From Phoronis australis (taxonomy: Eukaryota; Animalia; Phoronida), in NCBI GenBank assembly GCA_002633005.1, contig NMRA01000178.1, positions 7,395 through 71,394 on the forward strand: 64,000 nucleotides of DNA, written 5' to 3'. Shown piece by piece: positions 12,278 through 25,829 of this stretch; the first letter of the stretch is position 1; every line of letters begins with the position of its first letter. The notes beneath the pieces were generated by a model that searched no databases, was not told where the DNA came from, and saw only the letters and a program-made list of their open reading frames with translations. The position numbers and the translations under genes were made by a program.

Positions 12278-15200
12278 AGTCCTGGTCTCACACGTTGTTA
12301 ACCCTTACTACATGGTTAGAGGATGTTATAAGGATCCAAGAAGTACTTACCTCATAACTAATACACGATCCGTACTCGAAAAACGTTTAAATGAACGCGT
12401 CACTAACGATTCGCACCCGAAGAACCACCGCCATTTTGAACTTACCGCGAACCGGGAAGTACAATTCATTCAGGAACCCAGGCCGAGAAAACGCCGACAG
12501 TGTGAATGGACGAGTGCCTGTTACCAGCCTGCAAATGGGGATAAAATAATCGACAGCGCGCCTTAATTTTAATAAAATCAAAATACGGACAATTTTATCG
12601 AATTTACTGAAGAAATGTGGCGAATCAGTAAATTTTGACAGAAATTATTTTGCCGGACTCGGGACCGCAGCCTATCGGACCCGGTGCGGATCGAGACCAG
12701 ACACTGGCAAACGGTAAAGGCATGCGGTTGCAAGCTGTTTTGTCGAAGTAAAATGTTCAAATCGTAAATGTCATATACATTCAAAGGTAGTTCCAGACAC
12801 TTGCATAAAGGTACGGGCTGGTTAGTCCTGTGTCACACGACCGCGGCAGCCCTCAGCTAGCCTCAGTGCTAGCTACCAGTATGAAGACTAACTACAGATT
12901 GTTAGTAGGCCTATACAGCTTTGCGTCAAGGCTACACTTAGGCCTACGTGGTCGCTGGCCACAGCGCTCGCTCAAACGAGGTTTATTTAGAACTTCGGTA
13001 CTTCTGGCGAACTGTGCAAAGTTGTTGGCTTTCAACAGAGATTTTCCCAGACTTTGTATGAGCGCACCAAGCCTANNNNNNNNNNNNNNNNNNNNNNNNN
13101 NNNNNNNNNNNNNNNNNNNNNNNNNNNNNNNNNNNNNNNNNNNNNNNNNNNNNNNNNNNNNNNNNNNNNNNNNNNNNNNNNNNNNNNNNNNNNNNNNNNN
13201 NNNNNNNNNNNNNNNNNNNNNNNNNNNNNNNNNNNNNNNNNNNNNNNNNNNNNNNNNNNNNNNNNNNNNNNNNNNNNNNNNNNNNNNNNNNNNNNNNNNN
13301 NNNNNNNNNNNNNNNNNNNNNNNNNNNNNNNNNNNNNNNNNNNNNNNNNNNNNNNNNNNNNNNNNNNNNNNNNNNNNNNNNNNNNNNNNNNNNNNNNNNN
13401 NNNAAATAAAATCTGCGTGCACCTCCCTCAGTCTGGTGTTGCATAAACCTTCGAAGCCTTATCTTTCCTAGATCCCATTAACTGTCTTCGTGAGTGGTGA
13501 ATTGGCGATGGAATTTCCAAAACAATCTCAAAACTCTGAATTCAAGGACCTGAAATCGTAAACATGGCGGATTTCAGTTGTGCTTCAACTTTTACGCCTG
13601 TCGTAGGTGAAACTTCGAGTTTGAGCAAGCAACCCATATTTCAAATTCAATAATTCTAATCCAAATTTCAACTAATTGAGAATGTTAAAGTTAGTATTTT
13701 AATGATTATTTGTAACTTTATTCCACTGACGGCTCATTTTAGCCCTTAACTTAGAATTTTATTACATAAACTGGCGTATCTTGTTTCTCATCTTGACATC
13801 AAGCACTTTTTTTGATTGAAGCACAACACACACTCGGCCAGGAAACGCAGTCCGTGCAAGTATTACAATGCGCGTGGCGGACGAGTTAACTCAATGGTTT
13901 TGGCCAAAAGTAAAACCTTCCTAAGAAATCACAGTACACAAAAAAACTTCGCATATCAATACAGTATCAGGATAATTTATATTTGACACAAATATGTGAG
14001 TAATTACATTTATTTGGCAATAAAGTGCTCTCTTCTTCTCATGATCACGTAGTCGATGGATTGACGGCGAAAGCCGCGCGAAATTAGACTTTCGGATTTA
14101 GCTCGGGAGCGTCTGTCAAAACTATTTTAGTTTAGTGTAAAATGGGACATTCACAGTAAAATAATTCGAATATATCTTATATTTTGCACCAAAAAACACG
14201 AAAATTGAACAAAGTTCCTTTTTTGTAGCAACGTTTGTCAAAATGTGTCAACGTTAAATCTTCACAAATTACGAAGTAACAGGTTGAACACGCCTTCCAG
14301 TTCAGCAAAAGTCGCCATGTTGTCGGTGCAGCCAGAAATGATACGAAGTCCAACGGGAATTGTGAGCACATTTATCACAACTGCGAGGCTGAAATTTGGT
14401 GAACACTGTTGAATCGTGCAGAATAGTAAATAAAGATATGTCTCACTAAATTTCACCGTAAATTGTTGGCGAAAACAATTTACACAAAGTTTTAAACTCG
14501 TAACTTATCCCGCTGTCCTCCAATATGGCCGACGCGATCCAAAAAAAGTGACCCAAATTTCACCACAAAAATTACAATAACTTTACACCGCTTGCCCCAA
14601 TTTTGATACTTTTTCGATTTTTACTGAGTAGAATGCACTATCTTTCCGAGGATAGCAAAGTACTTCTTCAAAACGAGAAAAAAAATCAAATCGAAAAAAA
14701 ATTGGTTCGACTCATATTGGTTCCTAGGTTCGACCGCCCTACGCAAGGAACTAAACACCAATGCTATTTTAACATAAAGGAGGCACATGCCAATGAAGAT
14801 TCCGTAATCCATACAGGTGTTATGTAAACAATATTAAGACACATCAGTAAGCTGAACCCACATAGCGTGATATCTCATTCGATGCCCGTGAGAAGAATTG
14901 AACAGTTACCACGCGGGGGAAAACATTGTAAGACCAGAGAAACTCACACTACTCGAGGCACTCAAAGAATAGCCGTACTTAAAAATTAATACACCAATGC
15001 TTATTGAAAATTCAAGGGTTGTTAAATGAATAAGGTAGTCCGGACAATTAGGGGAGTCATTTTAAAACAACAAAATTATATCATAGGCTCGCTTATAGGT
15101 ATATAAATAGAAACTTAGTTGAAAAGCACAACATATAAATTCAATCTTGGGAAACCAGTTAGTTCTGTTGCAAGTGAATACAAAACACATAGTTATTTGA

Positions 15201-16110
15201 GGACGTAAGAAGGAAAGTCAGGTGATAATGATTGACCTAAAGATATGTACAGAGGAAATATGACCAAATAGTAACGGACAAAAGAAGGTGAAAAATAAGA
15301 GTTTGATTACTCAAATTCGCTGAAGAAAACAAAAAAGATCTATTAAAGATCTCTCTCTATGGATAACTTAGCTGTAACACGTTTTAGAATTGATAACAGG
15401 CTACGAGTTACCACTATAGGCCACCCAGTAATGACTGATCAACTCATGTGTTCGGTGTTGTCTTCTGAGTTGAAGTTAACTTTCTCACAGATTGAAACAC
15501 CAGTTTTCACAGGGATTATTTCAACTTGAAACTCATTTTAAACTAAATTATGGTGACAGACAGTGATCAACGTGATTTTTGCACGGGCAAGATAAACAGT
15601 AATAACTATTTAATGTTTACTTTTTCAAAACCAGAAAAAAATCAAATCGAAAAAAAATAGTTCGACTCATATTGGTTCCTAGGTTCGACCGCCCTACGCA
15701 AGGAACTAAACACCAATACTATTTTAACATAAGTAAGCGTAACATTCCAAAAAAATTCAACGACCACTAACTACAAACTATAAGTACACTACATATGCAA
15801 ACGAATCACAAGATATTACTAATAAAACAAAATAATGAAGACTTTTCGAGCAAGCGATAGCACACTCAGTTACAAGGAAAAATGGCGGCTTTCAGGACAA
15901 GTTCCTGAACTGATTAGCCGGAAATGTGGGTACGGAAAATAACCGAATACAACGGCTAATTATACGCTCACAGAGAAGGGTTAAATACTGTTAAAAATCG
16001 CTTTTGGCATGAAAGGGAAAAGAATATAAAGAAAGAGTGTCGAAAATAAGATTTTATTTAGTAAGTATTTTCGGATACTGGAACCACATGAGCATATTGA
16101 GACCAGGACT
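12278..16110. mobile_element. TTAA-flanked TIR element (Kolobok-like), non-autonomous or composite; spans a gap
   Basis: ttaa|AGTCCTGGTCTCA ... TGAGACCAGGACT|ttaa is a perfect 13-bp TIR. Internal ~100-bp direct repeat at 14677-14775 and 15634-15731. Confidence 0.65.
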
Positions 16111-16689
16111 TTAAACACGGCCAGTAGTCCAGTTTCTGGTGGTTGGGGAAATGATACAGAGTTTGCCTCAAAATGTACACACTTCCACGCCTGGAATTCA
16201 AAGTCAATTTCAGTGGATCACTGAGATTCTGCGCGGGCTTGCTGCATGGTTACACCTTATTTTGAACGTGGGTTCGTCAGTCATGACGTGCTCTGTCCTT
16301 GCAATGTGGACGGGAATGGCAACTAAACGATTCAGCTTTGAAGAATAAAATTCCATTACGAACTACCCCAGGAAACTAAAAATATCAAAGAAGTGCAAAT
16401 ACAATATTTCCAAGTTAATGAGGAATGTGTATAATTTGATTTATTTAAAGAATCAAACTTCTTTTCCTAACCACGGTTTCTGAATTTATACCACTAATTT
16501 AGATCCTAGGTCAATAAACAATTTATTGCCATTTGAATCGCAAGGGCATTTTGGGACACTTTGTAGAGCTGTCCGACATTCATCAATATCCTTGAGATTT
16601 ATTTCAGATAGACAAAAATTGCTTAGTGAACTTATGCTAACTAGCGATCTGATGATAGCTAGACTTTTTCCAATGTCAGCCTGCAGCTA

Positions 16690-18433
16690 ATTTCACTGAA
16701 GCACCGTCATTTCTTACAAGATTAGCTTCTAATTGTCAAAATAATCATATATCAATCAGTCGATTTTCGTAGATACATAAACATGTAAATCAGAAACCAA
16801 CAATCGAGTCCAGGAGCATTACGTTTACCTTGAATTAATGACTTAATCATTTGTGTTCTCCTGTTTGTGGGCAAACGACAAATATTGTACCTAAGTCAAA
16901 ACGCAGTGCTTTTATTTGAATTGTGAGTGTAATTTTGGGAACTGTCCGAATTTCGTCATTGTCCTTTAGAGTTATTTTAGACAAGCAAAATCATCTAAGT
17001 GTATTGTACTATTTGGGGATCGGATTACCAAGATTTACAACTTCAGGCTGCAACAAATTTCACAAAACTTCATTCAATTCTTACAAGATTAGTTGCTAAT
17101 TGTCAAAAAATCATCTATGAATCTGTTGATTTTCGTAGATATATGAACATGTAAATCAGAAAGGAACAAACCTTGTTTATCGAAACGGAATGTCGAAAGC
17201 ACATGGGAAATGGGGAATTCGCACTAAGGCGTCTTTTTGCTCACTTCAGAGGTACCTATAACGACTCAAGACTTAAACTTGAACTCCAAAAACGAAGCTG
17301 AAATCTTTGTTTATGGTTAGGAGAACTTTGAGTACCATGTTCCTTCATAAATCGTAGCCTCGACAGTCTTTTCAACATATGCGAATTCCTTATAAACAAT
17401 TCCTAGTAACGATCTTCAAAACAAGTACTATTCTGTGATACTATGGGGAAAAGTAACATTATTTCATAACAAACCACTGGAAGTAGTCATTTTGTGTAAT
17501 TCACAAATAGTGGTCTTCACGTTCTTCTAAACTCCATGACGGTCAATCCTATTGTATTTTTCACATTTTGGTGATGAATTTGGAATCTCAACTTCCCTCG
17601 TAAATACTTGGCAGTGCCATATTTACATTATAGGGGGACGAAGGGAAGAGAGGGACCGTCTGAAATGGGTCACCTTAAGATGAAGGGCTAAACGTCTTTA
17701 AGCTCCGAAAAAAGTTACTGTAGTTCATTCTATCATGGTATGACCCTTCAAGAAGTGACATTTCTCAACATGAAAACCGGTTGTACGTTTTCACAAAAAA
17801 TGAAAATAGAGGTAATCGATTCTAACATTGGGACTTCTCTCCGTAAGCAGCCCCTTCAGAATTTGTCAAGGAAAACACGAAAATGGTGGAAACTTGAATG
17901 TCATCAATGGGCCCCTAAACATGAAAAGCTCTATATTAGTTTTCTAAAATCACGAATGAGCAGAGTTTATGCTATCTGTAAGGTCATCAATTTTTCTCAC
18001 CTGATATACAATTTCGAGAAAAAACTAAAAAAATACAACGACTGTTGTCTCCGTCATCCCTTGTCAGAAAAAGGTCTTCTGGAAAAATAGTTTTGCAGCA
18101 AAATTGTCTTATTGAATGTAAAAATCAAGTGAATTAGTATACTTTTCAAAAGTTTCGCTTTCAAAATTTTCTCGATTTTTCGAAATACGTGAATGAATGA
18201 TTAAGTGTACGTTTTCAGGTGTGTTTAGACGACCTATGCTGCAAAGACGAGACCTAAAAATATCCTGGCCAGGGCCCTCAAAGGGTAAACCATGCACTCA
18301 TACTGAGTTGTGCAATCTTTCTTTTCTCGACTGTCCCCGGCCCCACGCCTATGTCAGTTGTCACCCTGACGCCTGCAAATTTTTGGGGGGCACGTGTCCC
18401 CCCTCCCCCCGGCTACCGCTTCCTACAGCCATG
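16690..18433 (-). mobile_element. Inverted, diverged copy of the CAGGGCCGTAGGAA repeat family
   Basis: Ends cgcttcctacagccatg. The reverse complement aligns with 4313-5900 and 57916-59860. Left boundary approximate. Confidence 0.6.
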
Positions 18434-19977
18434 GTGTGTAGTTGGCGTGTTTGTATCTCAAGGTGCAAATGATGATAGGCTGTAAAACAAACTAGGTCAC
18501 TACCCGCTTTAAATTGTCTCAAAATATTCCTTACCCTGGTGTCGAATGATTTCGGGGCTATGAGGCAACTGACAATTCGCTAATTACTGAGATCATGCTT
18601 GTCGCATAAAATGACCCGCCGTGACAAGCCAACTTAACAAGCCATATCTCAAACAATATAACGAACGGTAAGTTCTCCCCAAGTCCAAGAATAATCTTTA
18701 ATCCGAATAAGAAAACAAATTAAGACCAGGTGTCCCAAATCCATATTTTTATTACGAAAACCGGGTTTGTAGCCGTCTTATTTAATCAGCCAACTTGTCG
18801 TGTGCGAACAGTTTATTCGTATGTTCTCACGTACGAACACAACCCTCTAGAGTTCTGAATGAAACAAACGATTCGTGACTACAGACAATTCAAACCACTA
18901 GTGCAGTGCATTGCTTCAATTTTCAGAATGCAAAGGCAAACGAGTAAAAGAAGTTGCAAACACCCAAAGTAAGTAATCTGAGTCCACCACATGAGGAAAT
19001 TTCTAAGCTTGCGTAACTGCATGATAAGTTTATGCAGATGCAAAACAAATGGTCACTTGTGGCTCCCTTGATTGGTTGGTTTCTTTACAGCACGTCAGGT
19101 GAGAACTTTTAAAAAGCTCTCAAGTCAACCGCTCATTCACGGTCCACTGAGCTGTATGCTCCTCTAGTTTGAAACACAAATTGGTGACTGGTAAGAAATC
19201 AAACTAATAGAGATCTAAAAAAGCTCGTCAACTTTTTGTGCTTTATTCCTCTAGTGTGAATGACAATTTTTAAACTGGTATAAAAAAAATCTTACGCCAG
19301 TAAAGCCACAAACTGATAGGGATCCTTTTAAACTCAAACTTGGTAATTTCTCGTGTAAATGTCTAAACAAGCTCCTCAGCTTTCTGTGCCGTAATGAACA
19401 CCTGGTGTTGAGATTAGGAAGAATGTCTAATGAGAGAATGGAAATTGCAGGATTGGCTTCACAGCCGAGACGCGATTTCTGATACAAGATAAACCGGCAG
19501 CAATTTGTAACTTGCAATATCGTAACGCATAGAGTATGCTTAGAATGTGCGAGAACCAATGATTGCACAGTACTGAACGATGTTCCAAAGAAAGACTTTG
19601 TTACCTTCGAGTAACGTAGCCTGGCAAACGCTTTTATATTATAAATAGCGGTAGTAGTCAGCTTGACTCGTCTCATCGAAATTTCCTTGTTCAGCTAACC
19701 AGCTTAAAAATGAAGGTTTTACAAAATGACAAGCTTTCTACCAACTGCCACGTCTGCTTGCGGTTTCCTTATCACACCATGCGGTCTCAGTACATTTTGA
19801 AGATAAATCTGGTGCTTTTATCAAAAGTTATCTAATGAATATTTAAACGTTTTAAAACATGAAATCCCTAAGCTTGCTGTCCTAATTTCTCAGATATATG
19901 ACATAAGAATTCTAGTTCATGTATTTATCTCGAAACGGGCAATAAGTAGCCTTCTGACCTCTTGGTATGTTCTACAG

Positions 19978-20079
19978 GATGTTCCCCCATCGCCTCTACG
20001 TACGCCACCTGTAGACAGGGTTGAGAAGCTCACTGACGTCACCATTGCGATAGGTATTTCATCTGGTCCAACAGAAAAG
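19978..20079 (+). pseudogene. Linker exon of unit B (Pro-rich), 1 nt longer than the unit C exon
   Basis: Acceptor tctacAG and donor AAG|GTAAGT are intact. Phase-0 reading gives DVPPSPLRTPPVDRVEKLTDVTIAIGISSGPTEK. Length 102 nt versus 101 nt at 38204-38304. Confidence 0.65.
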
Positions 20080-20340
20080 GTAAGTGATGTTTCAGACACT
20101 CTAGTCGAAACACATAATGACAATTGACATTTAAGATGTGGCGTAATAGTTCTCCGAGCCAGGCTGCGTAAATTTTAAATTTGAAGGTAAATGCTGTGGG
20201 GATCATTTGTGTCATATTGTCTTTGATTTTACTTTATTTCTGTTTCTGTTGTGAAAGGATGTTATTATATCCGAAAATTTCAGTTGATCCATTCTTGTTG
20301 TTTTATTTACCTATTTATATTCTACATATACATGTATTAA

Positions 20341-22005
20341 AGGAGCATGCCACCCAAAAAACAACCTAATTTGTATCAATTTAGATCGAGTAGTTCTACT
20401 CCATAACGACACGTACGGTTGTGTTACCTGACACCTGACGGCAGACGGAGGTGTTGAAATTATCCAATGACGTCATCGGTTTCACACGCAGTCTGTTCAG
20501 CAGTTCGCAACAGGGTTATTGGTGTCAGCTTATCGCTTGAAGTCATCGTTTAACACCAATAAAACATCAAACTTTGATGTAAAACCCTTGAAAATACACC
20601 GAGTTCTTATAAAAACGTGTTGTTTTATTTCGCTCTTACGGATTTATTGGTATTTGGACACACTGTAGCCTACAAAGTTCGGCAGGCCAATAACTGAATA
20701 AGGTCCGTAGCAGGAGTTTGAGGTCTGTTCGGAGATAATTTCGAAGTATTTTCCGTGAGATACAGACACGAGAACCTATATCTGTGTTGCTTAGACTTGT
20801 GATTTTTGAGTTCTAAACACAAAACGCTTGTTATCCTGACCAGTGGCTCGGAGCCCGATCAGGCCCGTCGCGGCCGGCCGGATTGACTCCGCCGTTATCC
20901 CGGCAGTGGCTCGGAAACTGATCAGACACCACGAACATAAACCAGCCAAAGTTCAATGGAAACTAAATTTCCAGTCAAAAAATACTATACTAGTGAGCCA
21001 AAGTAATGTGCACGGTGATTATGTTGGTGAATTAGCCACGAAACTGCAAATCTACTTACTCGTCGGGGGCCGCGAATTCAGGTTCCGCTTTGACCACAGC
21101 ACCGTCAGGGCAGAAGTTGTACATTGACAATCATTATTTGAGTAATGTAAATGTAAATAAAGATTCCCCTAACACCTGGCCGTGGGACGGAAATCGAGTT
21201 GTTTCACAACAGTTTCTGCCAGCAAACACTAAATTAGCATGAACTCACACGGCCTCGGTGTCCCGTCAATTAGTTTTAGTGCACCTAAAGCCGGTAACGC
21301 ATAGATTTATTCTTGCTGGCTTGTAAAATCATTTGCACTCACGAACACTCCAAAGGCATTACAAGTTGCATCTAATGAGACAGATTTTGTTTGAATTGGT
21401 TAGGGTGAGAATAATTCAGTTGAAACAGAACGCTCAGTTACGAACATGGCAACTCACAATCCCGACTTAGGACGAGCTATAGCTCGATCAGTCCCGACTT
21501 CGCAGGTGGATAGTTAAGTTTTACAACTATCAATTCGAACAGGAGTACAGTGATGAAGAAATACTAGAGAGGCGCCGTGAACAAGCTCAGACAACGGAAA
21601 GTATGGAGTTACTTGGTAAGCCGGCATTCGTCAGGCACTGTCGACGTCTGCAGGCCACAGACACGGAGATGTTTCACGGCCTCATACTTGCTATTTACAG
21701 CGTACATTTCATTCTTCACTACCATGAGCCACTTCCTAAGCACATTGGACTCTCGAAGAAGTAAAAAAACGATATACCCGCTTTCCTCGCAGCTGCTTAG
21801 TTCGTACAAGCGGGAACGATATACCGCAACTTAGCGGCATTCACTCTGCACATGAATCACTGACGTCGCTAGCGTCGTTTCTCACCTTCCTCACAGGTTA
21901 ACGCGACACCTCTTGGCAAGGTAAGGTCGACTGTATGCGAGGCGATGAGGATATAGACTGATTAAGACGGCAAAAAAGACTAATTAAATCGGGTGGCATT
22001 CTCCT
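20341..22005 (-). mobile_element. Kolobok-like DNA transposon derivative with decayed THAP zinc-finger coding relic
   Basis: ttaa|AGGAGCATGCCACCC ... GGGTGGCATTCTCCT|ttaa. The right flank matches the empty site ttaagcacatt at about 38704. Minus-strand relic VPACTN...GISF...LRKWL...HLRVCGL near 21610-21840. Confidence 0.75.
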
Positions 22006-22283
22006 TTAAGCACATTGATAAGCTAAAAAGACACTCGTTTAAGAATCCTTTGGCGCTTCGTATACTTCCACTGGTACATGACGGAGCGCCGCAATCGCTT
22101 GAGTAAATCTTGTTTGGCTGTACTTGTGATTCTTGCCGGCAACTAAAGACGGCATAAACTATGTTACTAGCGAGTGCTTTTTCTTACTGGATAACGTCAT
22201 TAAAATCCCAGTTCAAGTTGGACGACAGTCAAAAATTACATATAAAATGAGAAGGTCGCTGAACTAGTTCTCTTTGTTCACAG

Positions 22284-22525
22284 TTAACCATCAGCCCAAG
22301 CCTAACCACGGAAACCAAATGGTGTGTGACGTTCAAGTTACCAACAGGATAAGAAAGTTTCAATTAGTTTGGGATGGTTTGGCGATATGCTCTGGTGTCA
22401 CCGCTCAGGCAAAGGGTTATAAAAGTAAAGGCGGCGCCGTGGAACACGCGATGCGCGAGATAACCCCTAAACTACTTGGGTCAGGGGTCAGAGTTCAGTA
22501 CGGAGACAAGTGGTGGACCACTTAA
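22284..22525 (+). pseudogene. ALF-like (anti-lipopolysaccharide factor / Anti-LPS-SCYG-like) domain exon of unit B; 1-nt deletion near its 5' end relative to unit C, so status uncertain
   Basis: Acceptor tttgttcacAG. MVCDVQVTNRIRKFQLVWDGLAICSGVTAQAKGYKSKGGAVEHAMREITPKLLGSGVRVQYGDKWWTT* is open from 22319. There are 35 nt from acceptor to ATG versus 36 nt in unit C. Confidence 0.7.
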
Positions 22526-23093
22526 GGACACTGTTTGGCAACAGATGACGATTTTAGCACAGGTGCGGGTGCACATTCTTCTACTGACAAATTATAGTGG
22601 ACGAAGGAAGGGAGGTTCGTGACACACATTCTTGGTCGGAGTACTTGTCACTTTTTAAAGTGTACTCGATAAAACTTATGTCGTATGCAAGTTCAATGTA
22701 CATTACAAGGCATAGGTTTGGCATTAGAAGTTTCGTCGCTGTGCCCTACGTGTTTTGTTAACAGTTGTTCAGTTCACGATTCGTGTTCGCCAAAGTCAAC
22801 CATTTCGTAGTATAAGTACAACCCCGGATCACATTCACTTTGACTCAAATTTAGTGCTCTGAGGTTTTATCAATTTTCAAATCGGAAGGTATATGCTGTA
22901 CGAATCATTTTGTATCGTGACTGTATGATTTCTTGCCACCATTAACTATTTTAATGGTCAATTGTGTTGCCTTTTACTGCAACAAAAGATTCCAGAATGT
23001 TGAAATTTGATTACGTCTTCCTCAATCGTGGAGGTTGGTCTTTGCTGCCTCTCTAACTTTATCAAATTTAAAGGGGTTTCAAATAAGACGATA

Positions 23094-23127
<34 letters not shown>

Positions 23128-23826
23128 TTTTTTAATATAAATACGCCCGACTAACCCCTTTCACAATCACATAAGCGTACAATTCAAATTGCACTATGAA
23201 ACAAATGACATTTATACTCTCTCTGACCTCCTCTGATTTGCTTTCAACAAAGTTTAGCAATACTTCTCTATTCCGCAAGACTACCAGAGCGCATGCAATT
23301 TACAAAACTGCAGTTTTGCTGTTTTATTCCAAACTAACATTTGATTGCCCTCGCAAATTTGCATACACTGGACAAAAAATGAAATGAGCTTCGTCCTTTA
23401 AAGCATGTTCTACCCACAAAATACGCTTCTTTCTTTGCCAAAGCGTTACAGACACCCAGTTGGTAGTTAATGTTCCTCCTCTAATTTGCTTGAACAACAT
23501 TTAGTAATACTACATGTACCTAGCTCCGTAATACTACCAGAGCGTATGCAATTTATGAAACTTTAGTTTCGTTGGTTTACTCCAAACTTATTATTTGATT
23601 GCTCTAGCAAATTTTCATACATTGGACAAAAAATGAAATAAACTTAAGTTCGTCCTTTAAGGCATGTTCTTTACAAAAAATACACCCCTTTCTTTGACAA
23701 TTGTGGCGAGACGGATTCTTGACCGTTACCGTGAGTCACAATTCATGTTTTGATGTCTATTGTGATGTCTACTTGAAGCTATTTGTTGGTTAATCATTGA
23801 TTTGCAAATGTCCATGCGGGTTCTCT

Positions 23827-24260
23827 GTACCCGGTTGCATGAAACAGTCCCAAATAGGGACTCAGCTAAGGTCCCTAAACCTCTTTCGTATTTGTTTCGT
23901 TCTTTAGTCACAGGTGTAATATTTTTTCTATAATTTAATCTTTATTATGAGGTCTTCTTTGACTAATGACATTTTTAATAATATAACTAATAACTGAGCC
24001 CTCAATTCAATCAAAACAGTTAGGGACTTACTCCTTAAATTGGGTGCGTTGCGTGAAAAGATCCCTACTTATTTTCAATAATATTTAGAATTCAATCTAG
24101 ATTTCACTCTTGATTTGTATCAAAGCCAAAAATTGGCATAGTAATGATACACAAACAGCATAAGATAGGACAATCAGTGTTTTCACAAGCCCGCAAATAC
24201 GCAGTAGATTTAGGGACCTTGGTTGGGTCCCATTTGGGACTGTTTCATGCCACCGGGCAC
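23827..24260. mobile_element. MITE with ~35-bp TIRs (PIF/Harbinger-like)
   Basis: GTACCCGGTTGCATGAAACAGTCCCAAAT ... ATTTGGGACTGTTTCATGCCACCGGGCAC. Other copies at 49823-50264 and 50954-51220. Confidence 0.8.
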
Positions 24261-24419
24261 TGGAAACCTCGTGGTTTGAGTCAGTCTGTTATCGCAGTTT
24301 TTGAAGTGTGGTTGTATCGTTGGTATAAGCCCAATACAAAATTGAATTGCAGCCGCTGGTCTTCTTATTTATTTCTGAAATTCGAACCCGTGACATATGG
24401 CTCCCCAACATGGACTCAA

Positions 24420-25640
24420 ACCCTGAACCCTCAGAAGTGTTTTGAAAGTTTAAAGCAAGTTTTGACTTCATCTCCAATATTAGGTCATGCAGATTGCAGT
24501 TTACCCTTTGAGCTGCGTATGGATGCTAGCGTGTCTGATTTAGGGTCAGTATTTTACCCGGACACAGGATGTAAGATATGCTATAGACTATGCCGCAAGA
24601 GGTCTCAACAAATCTGAACAGAACTATGTCCCGTCCAATTCGAGTTTCTCGCTCTGAAATGGAGTGTGACTGAGAAATTGATTATTTGTACGGCATTGAT
24701 TTCCAAGTTATAACTGACAATAATCCTTTGTCGTACATACTTACGAGTGCGTTTCTGGATGACACAGGCCGTAGGTGGCTCTCACGTCTGTCATGTTTCA
24801 TTTTTAGCATTGAGTATCGCAGGGGTTGTGATAACCAAACTGCTGATGGAATGAGCCGCATTCCACAGAATATTAGAATAGCGAACTGGTTGCCAACAAG
24901 CAGATAACGTAGTTAAACGTGTGGTAGAAATACTACAGAATAACATCAATGATATCCCCAATGAATCACTTGATGTTACGCGTTTGTTAAGGGAACGTCA
25001 AAGATTAGTAATTTCTGATGGCAGTTTATACAGGAATTACATTGATAATGGGGTTCGGGTATTGGACAACTAGTTCTTCCTATGGAGGCCCGTAGTGAAG
25101 TCATACATGCGTTGCATGACGAGTTTGGTAATCTAAGTCGTGAGCGTACTTTTAGTGTGGTGCGAAGTAGGTTTTACTGGCCTTGTACGTGTATGTGGAC
25201 TGATATTGAGCAACACGTGAGAAATTGTGAACGTTGTTTGCGACGGAAACACCATCTAAAGAAAGCTCCCTTAGTAAGCATAACCACCACCCAACCTTGG
25301 GAAATGGTCTGTATCGATTATCTGTCTATTGAACCATCAGCACGTTACAAGAGCGTTCTTAGTAATAACTGGCCATTTTACCAAATTTGCCATTGCGGTT
25401 CCCACCACTAACCATCTGGCTAAGAAAACAGCTAAAGCTTTGTTTGACCATCTTATTATTTCCTATGGTGTGCCTCAGAGGATCCGTTGGGATCAGGGTC
25501 GTACTTTCGAATCCAAGTTGATTCATGAGCTTTGTGAGATACTGGGTTATGATAAATCCCATACCACTCTGCACCATGCTCATGGTACTGGATTATGTGA
25601 ACGCTTTAACCATACATTGTGAACGCGTTAGGTACAGCAA
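24420..25640 (+). mobile_element. Ty3/Gypsy LTR-retrotransposon pol relic (RNase H and integrase), frameshifted
   Basis: RNase H region: FESLKQVLTSSPILG...PFELRMDAS and FQVITDNNPL...RWL...FSIEYRRG..N..ADGMSR. Integrase Zn finger: LHDEFG...RFYWP...VRNCERC. Integrase core: PWEMVCIDY, YGVPQRIRWDQGRTFES, GLCERFNHTL. No LTRs seen. Confidence 0.92.
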
Positions 25641-25829
25641 TTAGTAGGGTCTGAACTTCTCAGTTATGATTGCAGAAAACAACACATAGAAACAATTATA
25701 TTTTTCCGAAAATATTGTAACATGATTTTAACACCCAAAGATAATCTTTTTTGTACCTTTCCCGAAACTAATTATCATTTATAAGCAAATACAAAAACAA
25801 ACAAACAAACAAGTACATTCATTTACGTA

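Noticed and set aside
12298-15984. piggyBac element (TTAACCCTT...AAGGGTTAA)
   Set aside because: Only 5 bp of inverted match beyond TTAA and no transposase.
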